A stretch of DNA of 64,000 nucleotides, taken from NCBI GenBank assembly GCA_944377455.1, contig CALWEZ010000029.1:1907-65906 (forward strand). The letters are read 5' to 3'. Each line of letters begins with the position of its first letter. Positions within the stretch are counted from its first letter, which is position 1. Position numbers and translations under genes: made by a program. The notes below the pieces were generated by a model. It had not been told where the DNA came from and made no database searches. It saw only the letters and a program-made list of their open reading frames with translations. This DNA comes from an uncultured Clostridia bacterium. Its GTDB lineage: Bacteria > Bacillota > Clostridia > Christensenellales > UBA1242. Shown here piece after piece: positions 58,901 to 64,000 of this stretch.

Positions 58901-61079
58901 TAACAACACCAACTCTTCAGCGTATTACGACGAACAGAATTTCAATTTGAATAGATTGGAACTTGTCGCTCCAAACATCATCGCCTTTTCACAAAGATAT
59001 TTATATTCTGCAGAAGAGGTTGTGGATGCAGAGACTGGTGTGACAACTGTTGTATATCACTATCTCAACACCGCAGAAAGCGGAGAGAGCGGTAGTATCA
59101 CCAATCCTATCTTACTTGATAGCGCAGAGAATTTTGAAAATTACATTTTAAATGAGAACAATAACAACAACTATAACCACGCATATTATAGATTGATTAA
59201 CAACATTGATTATTCGGAATATAACGACAACAGCGAACTCTTTAGAACGCGATTTATGGGTTACTTTGAAGGTAATTTCTTGACCATCTCTAACATCCAT
59301 ATGGTGACAAGCGAAAGGATGACCTATGCAGGCCTTTTTGCTGAGATTGGTTCGTCAACCAGAGAGAATGCCATTGGAACGGTGATGAATTTCAATCTTG
59401 AACCAGCGGAAATGGTGTTCACTAACACTCAAGTTGCAGGTGGTATTGCTGGCAGAGTTGACAGTGGAATCATCACGAATGTCAATTTGATTAGTGACGA
59501 AAATATCATGATTTCAGCAAACAATATTGCTGGAGGCATAGTGGGAATGGCGGTTGGAAGCTATGACATAGAGAATGTCACATCCGATGCTTCCGCTAAG
59601 GCGACCTATATTCCTGCAAGTGCGGATGGCAATGAGTTTGATGAAAATAGTACCGACTTTACTCGAAACTCATATGCGGGCGCAATAGTTGGAGTCGCTG
59701 GCGGTAACGGAAGTGTCAATAAGGTTTCAGTTTCTTCTGGAGTTTCTGTGATTGGCTCAACAGCGGGCGGACTTATCGGCTTGGTTGGAAGAGAAGCGCA
59801 AGCGTCGAACCTAACTTTGACAGTTGATGAGGACCTTATGATCAATGCCTATTTCTATGGTGGTCTCGTCATCGGCGAAAGTGCTGGAAGAGTTAGCACA
59901 ATAGACGTTGCTGGCACTGGTCTTTATGAGACGATATTCAATAACATTCCTAATTATCCAATCGCAGTTGGCGGAGTTATTGGGCTTATGTCTAACGGCG
60001 AACTTGACGATGTTTCTGCCAACCAGAGTTTGAATTTATCAAGTTCAACCAGCACCGACGGCGTCGACTATCTTGGCGGACTTATCGGAGCGGTGAGTGG
60101 AAATGTGAACATATCTAACATCGATATAGAAGGCTCTTACATCGGCTTTAGCGCAGTGGGTGGAATAATAGGTGGAGTCACAAGAACAAGTTCGATTGTA
60201 AACTTGAGAAACATTAACTACACAAACGGATATCTATCAGTGCTTTCCTCTCAACAATCTCAAGTGGCAATAGGTGGCGTTGTAGGTTCTGCGGTCGACA
60301 CATCGAGAATAAATATAACGGCAGATTTGTCATCAAACTTAATGAGAAATATCACAAACTACGCCAATAGTTTGATGAATAGTGGAGTCGGCGATAGTTC
60401 TTATCTTGAATTTACAAGCGCTATAGAGGTGGAAGATTATGCTCTTTCCACTGACATTTACACCAACGATGATAGAAGAACGCTAAATTCCGACTATTTA
60501 AGTGAAGCGAATAACATTGAGTTTGAAGCATATGTGCTAACATATGTTTATGGCACGATTTTGGACATCTATATGGGCGAGATTGTCGGCTACACTTTAA
60601 GCAATATGGTGAGTGTCAATAACACGATAAGTTCGTTCACTGCGGATGTGTATAGTTATAATATGGGCTGGAGCAATCCTCAAGAATACACCGAACACGC
60701 ATATATCTCTGAAAGTTCATACAACTACAACTTGCATAGTTCGACAGACACTGTGACAGGAACGGGAACGATGTTTGTTGACGAGTTAGATTTCAGCCAA
60801 ACAGCTTCTGAAAGTGTATACGGACATATCGTTCGCGATATTGTCTCAAGCTACAAGCCATCAACTGCAACGCTTGAAGGTGAAACCGTTGTGACACACA
60901 ATAGTTTCGGTGTTAATCTCAATGATTCGGGCGAGATAAACACAACTGATTTCTATGTTTTACCTATCTACAGCCACAATGTAAACTACACTTTCTATAT
61001 GGAAAATGGCGAATCTGAGCATACTCTATATCTAACCAGTTACGGCATCGGCGTTGGACAAAATTTCATAGGGTTATAA
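49980..61079 (+). CDS. giant (3,699 aa) predicted surface lipoprotein with Ig-like (Big_2-type) domain and three GLUG-like beta-helix modules
   Basis: An uninterrupted 11.1-kb ORF in an AT-rich genome. SD AAAGGAGG lies before ATG 49980. The signal peptide ends in the lipobox FFVGC. The motif family xGG(I/L)(V/I)G...G.(I/V).N recurs about 25 times. I saw no LPXTG and no C-terminal TM helix. Confidence 0.85.
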   Translation: MSKLKKNILLSILTAIAFVFAGLFFVGCNAVDYSNVTISTSVPSVDLEVGETRDIDFTIENASSSFYRVLRFSVDNESVVNITNVSYNDNVATVTVAGLAGGSVNLMATSEEGYKWTTIRLNVVEHSSTMEFNNSQLYLTTGNENSPVTSLNLTSSHYIFDANTTDKDMTFYYLYFSENYGENIDISSLSFSDFDVNTTFDFSDVNNIVMPDEVVMQFEGEGTRIYNLNAIKFNSAEIVDGVLYLIYDGNVVASSDGASEEPLALSLANALTNDKFNIISFYNYSVFENSTLSVKNYLHYTHEVLIYQNLGVTAYGGYLKTDGEGEGTRRSVDLSSQVNFDEALKLIPNNSQYDTYVLKLTSAINLDNLEFGVQNVSNDLSIETYDQVSWDELGIEEINAIEGLENACYLVIRTSSFSNREQNLDLFVRYEGMENVEDYNVNYSPNVMVDVNLVTTEILLNNVSASSYSSEENPIYIYNYYQFPEFGWMELDVSLSTGLDSNATYSYATITYDSAIIDFRQGTNGEVVSDRPILDLDTSFFYRGRADTNESVGNHFKITIYYLVDEDAGDIISISCEIYFDIIAGAENITRDELYGDAGEMIYIDMQSDGMVSLGDYLYTESRFQEVTVRHMSGTNVVSFIVDEECCRERRDENGNTYYALNLYVNPLTTGTGMYQVMLDNGVFVSVTITVIDTLQTDDFGAVLVSSENVGYYEYKSTNFTEDAEDIYTNTLLLEILNNTEENNNSHTIIYDSEVRIRFYGNIESISEPTVVNGNVLSVGSDGELSYVISTSENGEAYITFAVNGNSVDGNLRRDPFSVNYYIEAKSYSLLDEFYLMNEGRYAVDNIVYYAQNPNANLPSESRSVTFDVYAENQEAFGFYKYKISDSFIEDIKSGIEIDGELSLSNPIGQIISELISLDEPAPDGERTPILIDVDENYITSELEYQPYSRDYIYFYVDANSRSLTTSAEATITISSNVGGLTLTYPLYLNFENGIMFDLEDISTTFIYNDVKYTINITFSNIYALSGSSGVQGRFDFNTFTYTHSASTSGDFVLHSYIRQRNYTEMQYDANILTSEYIQVERVSTASSVNEFAFTNGYLSDSVIVFVNPTNATNIELNAQFVADNATSRDLVTTNIIEQGLGVYLIEISVEDFYNTNSSIINTIETALAGTLYIYPIEWGEDYSVLGERTPIRIDISYRNGSEANRYIIDSPEDVLAINNNKETLSSHYEIRTNIDMSTVKSETLGFIDNAGERQLVGFSGSIVGTTSQAGISNFNITLTSVDEAENGNISAIVSSNTTYYAGLFAQINYDGYIKNLTFSGTINLNTTNLSNSNFYVGLLAGVNYGKLSNVGAEIVGASEILICNDGEYAIGGLVGLNGVYTYSVDGNTNEHAVGEIVQNFNSYVEKTEEESAYYTIEDKVGEFEGQSPRNLAYFNSKLSIVIDGTGVNSSVYTGGIAGISYGDIYRIDNSNLSVYGYASYSSYTNIEIKNSTETRDVTANRLFAGGAVGYFRGDGNVSSNIIRTLLVDNDDDFFINDNPIDYSNINQTPRATIFDLLVGGEVDVQSDATTSAVGGIVGYAGGNANHVYILGNTSRTFVRGELNTGGIVGYEGDTSVNYLLYETNSAGEYETETIETTTSRIILENTINEIEAVDDGRGAFDSSMMLLRGTEEKLARVNEAYGVTAEVIYAIGNAYNNGRSYLTTTGVTVYYALFDISSYVQRNLNESDEINTSDTSLSNYYGDYVVYNGNERIEHGEFLKVDVDLGIQDSIFAMTSETGNENVFLMFYFSGMLTENVDGVAQDYIDEASINRFSPNSSLYPFALNTRDAQILSTSNNLLRVDADGSLTTYSNGLASVSLQSILNVQSSINIYLYIVNYLDTQSENSVFYASNTTNSLNIIDGSQIVVYGTNQTTIYAVPTYSLGDGNLSYETPNGEREEVVIDANGTFLLNNVSIRLNPNENVVVDAYCENPLYTTYQVSGQSILFYGNGENLQGSDTYHLSSYIEREIDGNVYRLPIGASKNLDNPDIEIGVEYRETATDIKVSSNLISMKTNDVYNEQISVTSRNDEFVYYEIFFTDVDGNEYKIQKRMSQSWAYGLDEGAYSDYVSAYESYIRNGVNLHNADLFNLFVDKNNVSASNEFSFTLSVNKDSSAYSNRRNADIYGTYRIVFYANELYNGVHTNFIFYLSEAEITNVEAVNYSNYSDMSDRDENIVPSQYGLLEISIDPVDAEFNTFTIRNNSINYSEGAGEVDFTFVYQSSSDGVIRYLPDVNFGSTINGALSFTYEDYVEYLEERGEVYNGKIYVRYLLGSLGVQDDMPIRFDIEVTYLSGQVEYEEVNLTTKLANYAHLSFDDREESDVYYVARGLEYGMTLDYYGFGLNDIEITLSSDVATLEGDGTSRTLNITDNVITPNDEIGYRFYIYVNASRIVNNVNVQYSEILTVYIMEFVLDYQYFEGQNEDIVHGMEEGVISTAVGNAYTLEIDIWDYIEYDQTNNSVIRNVQEFINSLTNNATFKIYDSSTGRDGLALNANTDIRSDYYYINGLVFTGIRLYEPEQDIYHFSVEANFVRRNGLYVVDTVGAIDSQRIYTEFAFNIHQQSTNESPLPIETYEEFMNMEDNQYYILLNDITLPNNNSINPFTPITANIAGFDGNGYSLLLGGNYTFDGSSIGIFETIGSTNDDAVVRNMTVELYANTIFTVTSSSFTLGLIAGVNNGVITNSEVIANNASALSVACTASTGSYVAGFVGRNSGIITNSRSSVSVYSNVNLAGFVGNNSGTISSSYFYGGALRNETTTTTEYTAGFVVTNSGEINTSYVSGAVEGEEVYSHDTLSFITSHNAISGFVFINSGEVSNSYSNIHMDNTSSYAAGFVFNNQGSGRVSSSFSTSVLTSNSTLSYGFARANTGTIQDAYYLSDSDENINVSIATIENNANSSIEALTMEEFNINDEDFSEHFQNFVYSSGRGYNAVWFYNNTNSSAYYDEQNFNLNRLELVAPNIIAFSQRYLYSAEEVVDAETGVTTVVYHYLNTAESGESGSITNPILLDSAENFENYILNENNNNNYNHAYYRLINNIDYSEYNDNSELFRTRFMGYFEGNFLTISNIHMVTSERMTYAGLFAEIGSSTRENAIGTVMNFNLEPAEMVFTNTQVAGGIAGRVDSGIITNVNLISDENIMISANNIAGGIVGMAVGSYDIENVTSDASAKATYIPASADGNEFDENSTDFTRNSYAGAIVGVAGGNGSVNKVSVSSGVSVIGSTAGGLIGLVGREAQASNLTLTVDEDLMINAYFYGGLVIGESAGRVSTIDVAGTGLYETIFNNIPNYPIAVGGVIGLMSNGELDDVSANQSLNLSSSTSTDGVDYLGGLIGAVSGNVNISNIDIEGSYIGFSAVGGIIGGVTRTSSIVNLRNINYTNGYLSVLSSQQSQVAIGGVVGSAVDTSRINITADLSSNLMRNITNYANSLMNSGVGDSSYLEFTSAIEVEDYALSTDIYTNDDRRTLNSDYLSEANNIEFEAYVLTYVYGTILDIYMGEIVGYTLSNMVSVNNTISSFTADVYSYNMGWSNPQEYTEHAYISESSYNYNLHSSTDTVTGTGTMFVDELDFSQTASESVYGHIVRDIVSSYKPSTATLEGETVVTHNSFGVNLNDSGEINTTDFYVLPIYSHNVNYTFYMENGESEHTLYLTSYGIGVGQNFIGL

Positions 61080-61085
61080 AATAAG

Positions 61086-61137
61086 AAAAAGGCTATTTTG
61101 CGGTGAAATATGTCGCTATTTATAGCCTTTTTTCTTT
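61086..61137 (+). terminator. intrinsic terminator after the giant gene
   Basis: Stem AAAAAGGCTAT (61086-61096) / ATAGCCTTTTT (61122-61132) with a long, partly paired loop, followed by a T-rich run. Confidence 0.6.
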
Positions 61138-61278
61138 TATATGTATAAAGTGATTAACTTTGGCAATAAAAATTATATATATTTTTATTAAAATTGCTTG
61201 ATTTTTGCTTGATTACTTGTTAAAATATCATTAACTAAGTATATTTTTGCTATTTTTAAAATTTTTTTTAAAAAACTA

Positions 61279-61308
61279 TTGACAAAGAGTTCCAAATATT
61301 GCTATAAT
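61279..61308 (+). promoter_or_regulatory. sigma-A-type promoter TTGACA-18-TATAAT upstream of rpoB
   Basis: TTGACA at 61279-61284 and TATAAT at 61303-61308, about 120 nt upstream of the rpoB ATG. Confidence 0.6.
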
Positions 61309-61361
61309 TAAGTGGTTATTATCATAAATGTGGAAGAATATCGCGATTTTTAACTTAATAT

Positions 61362-61408
61362 AGGAAACATTGTGGCAAAGTTTTTTTGCCATATTGTTTC
61401 CTTTTTTA
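61362..61408 (+). promoter_or_regulatory. terminator-like attenuator hairpin in the rpoB leader
   Basis: 18-nt arms AGGAAACATTGTGGCAAA (61362-61379) / TTTGCCATATTGTTTCCT (61385-61402), with one mismatch and one G-U pair. A T6 run at 61402-61407 follows, immediately before SD AAGGAG (61419-61424). Confidence 0.55.
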
Positions 61409-61430
61409 GTCTTAATTTAAGGAGTATGTT

Positions 61431-64000
61431 ATGTCAGTTGCACTAAAAAAACAAAAATTTGGAAAAGCCGAAAGATATACCTTTGCAAAACTTAAAGACT
61501 ATATCAATGTTCCACCTCTTCTTGAAATTCAAAAGAAGTCTTTCAAAGATTTCTTAGAGCATGGAATACGTGAAGCTTTAGACGAGTTTTCTCCTATCGT
61601 TGACTACAGCGGTAAGGCAAAACTTTATCTTCTTGATATTATCATGGACAAAGAGCCTAAATATTCAACAAAGGAGTGCAAGCGTAGAAGTGCCACTTAT
61701 TCTATCCCTTTGAATGTTAGGGCACGCTTTGTTGTGGAAGAGACAGGTCAGGCGGTTGAAGATGTCGTTTTCTTGGGTGACATTCCATATATGACAGACG
61801 ACTGCACCTTTATTATCAATGGTGTTGAAAGAGTTGTTGTCAATCAAATTATCAAATCTCCAAATTACTACCTTCTTCGTGATAAAAGTCAGGACAACTC
61901 CACACTCGTTGGGCAAATCATTCCAAAGCGTGGTATGTATATCGAGGTTAAGCAGGGGGCGAATGAGGTTTTGAACATCGTTCTTGATAGGCGTAATAGA
62001 ATAACACTTGGCTTATTCTTAAAATGCTTTGGCTACACTGCAGACGAGATTTCCAAACTCTTTGGTGACCATAGACTTGTGAAGCACGTGCTTGAAAAAG
62101 AACCACAACAAACTCAGGAAGAGGCGCTTCTTGAATTTGCAAGAAAAACAAGGCCTGCCGATGTTCCAAGTGCGGAAACCACAAGAAACTATCTTAACCT
62201 TTGGTTCTTCTCTGACCAATATTACAATCTTTCAAGAGTTGGTAGATATAACTTAAACAAAAAACTTTCTATTGCAAGGCGTATTACTGGTCAGGTTGCC
62301 GCTGAAAACATCGTCACTGAAGATGGCGAAATCTTAGCAAGAGCAGGTCAAGAGATTGACGCTGAAACTGCAAACAAGATTAAGGCAAGCGGAATCAATG
62401 AGGTTTGGATTCAACTTCCAGATAAAAAATATCTAGTTCGTGGCAACAACCGTGTTAAACTTTCCGACGTGTTCCCTTGCAATGAAAAAGACCTTGGAAT
62501 TTTAGAAGAGGTTTACTATCCTGTTCTCAAAGAGATATTGAAAGAAAATAAGTCCAAAGAAAAGAGAATGCAAGTTATCCGTGAAAGAGCAAAGGACTTA
62601 ATGATAACCACTCTCACCATGGACGATATTTTGGCATCAATTAGCATGTATTTGGATGTTATTGAAGGCATTGCAAAGACTGACAAGATTGAACACCTCT
62701 CAAATAAGAGAGTGGCAACTTGTGGGGAACTATTCTATGACCATTTCCGTTCAGGTATCACAAAACTTGTTTCAAATGTTCGTGAAACCTTGCAAGGTAA
62801 GGAACTTTCTGAGGTTACACCAAGACAGATTGTCAATCCAAAGGCTGTGAACAGAGCGCTCCGCGATTTCGTGGCAACCTCTCAACTTTCACAATTTATG
62901 GATCAGGTGAACCCTCTTTCTGGAATAACTCAAAAACGCCGTGTTTCCGCTGTTGGTCCTGGCGGTATCAGAAAGGAAAGAGCGGACGCTGAGGTTCGTG
63001 ATATTCACTACACAAACTATGGACGTATCTGCCCTATCGAAACCCCAGAAGGTCAGGCGATCGGACTTGTGAACACCATGACAAGTTATGCCAAACTTAA
63101 TGAGTATGGTTTCCTTGAAACACCTTATAGAAAGGTGGATAAGGAGACAGGCAAGGTTTCTGATAAGTGCGAATACTACATGGCAGACATTGAAGACACC
63201 GCATATATCGCACAGGCAACCGAGCCACTCGACGAAGAAGGCAGATTTGTTAATAAGAGAATTATCTGCCGTCACAAAGACTATGTTGTCGACGTTCCAG
63301 CAAGACAGGTTGACCTTGTGGACGCTTCACCAAGACAATTCATCTCTGTGGCAACCTCGCTTATTCCATTCCTTAACTCAAACGAAGCGAACCGTGCGCT
63401 GATGGGCGCAAACATGCAGAGACAGGCTGTTCCACTTTTAAGACCAGAATCTCCTGTTGTTGGAACTGGTATGGAACAGGTTGTTGCGCGTGATTCAGGT
63501 TACTGCACACTTGCTAAAAACGCTGGCGTTGTGGAATATGTCAGCGCTGACGAGGTTAGGATTAAAAATAACGAAGGCACTGTGGACATATATCCACTTA
63601 CTAAGTTTGAAAAGACGAATGACGAAACCTGCATCAACCAAAAACCTTGCGTAAAGAAAGGCGAAAAGGTTGGTAAAGGCGACGTTATCATTGACGGATA
63701 TTCTTGCGAAAATGGCGAACTTGCACTTGGAAAGAATGTGCTTGTCGGCTATATGAACTGGGAAGGATACAACTTTGAGGATGCTATCATCATCAACGAA
63801 AGACTTGTTAAAGACGATGTTTACACCTCAATTTGCTTGAAAGTGGAAGAACTTAAATGCCGAACCACAAAGTTAGGCGACGAGCAAATCACTCGCGATA
63901 TTCCAAATCTTGGTGAGGACGCTCTTAAAAACTTGGACGAGAACGGAATTGTTAGAATCGGCGCTGAGGTTCGTCCAGGCGACATCTTAGTTGGTAAGGT
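61431..64000 (+). CDS. rpoB: DNA-directed RNA polymerase subunit beta, N-terminal ~856 codons (continues past window end)
   Basis: Absent from the ORF track because no stop is reached. My translation from ATG 61431 gives MSVALKKQKFGKAERYTFAKL...FIINGVERVVVNQIIKSP...LSQFMDQVNPLSGITQKRRVSAVGPGGI...RICPIETPEGQAIGLV...SLIPFLNSNEANRALMGANMQRQAVPLL, which are canonical RpoB blocks. Confidence 0.97.
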   Translation, partial: MSVALKKQKFGKAERYTFAKLKDYINVPPLLEIQKKSFKDFLEHGIREALDEFSPIVDYSGKAKLYLLDIIMDKEPKYSTKECKRRSATYSIPLNVRARFVVEETGQAVEDVVFLGDIPYMTDDCTFIINGVERVVVNQIIKSPNYYLLRDKSQDNSTLVGQIIPKRGMYIEVKQGANEVLNIVLDRRNRITLGLFLKCFGYTADEISKLFGDHRLVKHVLEKEPQQTQEEALLEFARKTRPADVPSAETTRNYLNLWFFSDQYYNLSRVGRYNLNKKLSIARRITGQVAAENIVTEDGEILARAGQEIDAETANKIKASGINEVWIQLPDKKYLVRGNNRVKLSDVFPCNEKDLGILEEVYYPVLKEILKENKSKEKRMQVIRERAKDLMITTLTMDDILASISMYLDVIEGIAKTDKIEHLSNKRVATCGELFYDHFRSGITKLVSNVRETLQGKELSEVTPRQIVNPKAVNRALRDFVATSQLSQFMDQVNPLSGITQKRRVSAVGPGGIRKERADAEVRDIHYTNYGRICPIETPEGQAIGLVNTMTSYAKLNEYGFLETPYRKVDKETGKVSDKCEYYMADIEDTAYIAQATEPLDEEGRFVNKRIICRHKDYVVDVPARQVDLVDASPRQFISVATSLIPFLNSNEANRALMGANMQRQAVPLLRPESPVVGTGMEQVVARDSGYCTLAKNAGVVEYVSADEVRIKNNEGTVDIYPLTKFEKTNDETCINQKPCVKKGEKVGKGDVIIDGYSCENGELALGKNVLVGYMNWEGYNFEDAIIINERLVKDDVYTSICLKVEELKCRTTKLGDEQITRDIPNLGEDALKNLDENGIVRIGAEVRPGDILVGK

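Noticed and set aside
47291-61079. The VirB4-like/giant gene pair could be part of an integrative conjugative element or prophage inserted at tRNA-Leu (37444-37529).
   Set aside because: - About 10 kb of core genes (recJ, relA, a HemZ-like gene, spoIIGA, sigE) separate the tRNA from the pair.
- I saw no integrase, recombinase, relaxase, att-like repeat of the tRNA end or phage structural genes.
- Base composition does not visibly differ from the neighbours.
The ICE-remnant idea is kept only as an alternative within the main finding.
1-64000. I scanned for CRISPR arrays, rRNA genes, transposases or IS elements, and riboswitch-like leaders (T-box, glmS) upstream of the mur, glmM and ppdK genes.
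   Set aside because: - There are no regularly spaced direct repeats.
- There are no rRNA-like conserved blocks.
- There are no DDE or serine/tyrosine recombinase motifs.
- The leaders are short (under 170 nt) and lack recognisable conserved riboswitch cores.
Nothing here is supportable from the sequence alone.

Overview
This is a low-GC (by eye under 40%) chromosomal segment from an endospore-forming Bacillota (Clostridia-like) organism, using the standard code with high coding density. Most of the window is core housekeeping. DNA repair and stress genes are the uvrB tail, uvrA, recJ and a relA-like RSH. Central metabolism genes are ppdK and glmM. A scattered cell-wall/division set comprises murC, murF, ddl, murE-mraY-murD-ftsW, murA and an ftsQ-like gene. 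A dense sporulation/germination set comprises spoIIR, sleB-ypeB, spoVG, veg, a SPOCS/LysM protein and spoIIGA-sigE. There is also one tRNA-Leu(CAA) and the 5' part of rpoB, which runs off the right edge. No CRISPR array, integrase or transposase was seen. The main anomaly lies between the sigE locus and rpoB. It is a two-gene module in which a VirB3(PrgI)-VirB4 fusion ATPase sits 13 nt upstream of a 3,699-aa predicted lipoprotein built from three GLUG-like beta-helix modules, with no other type IV secretion or conjugation genes nearby. Other points of interest:
- A consensus promoter with a C9/G9 homopolymer in its 17-bp spacer, a candidate phase-variation switch.
- A dispersed ~150-nt intergenic repeat whose hairpin keeps its structure through compensatory changes.
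- Several apparently leaderless genes.
- An attenuator-like hairpin in an rpoB leader that lacks the usual rplJL context.
- An RSH protein with a degenerate hydrolase domain.
- A MurF with a membrane-like N-terminus.
- A gene interrupted by a single in-frame TAA.
All family assignments come from motif recognition by eye; no searches were run.
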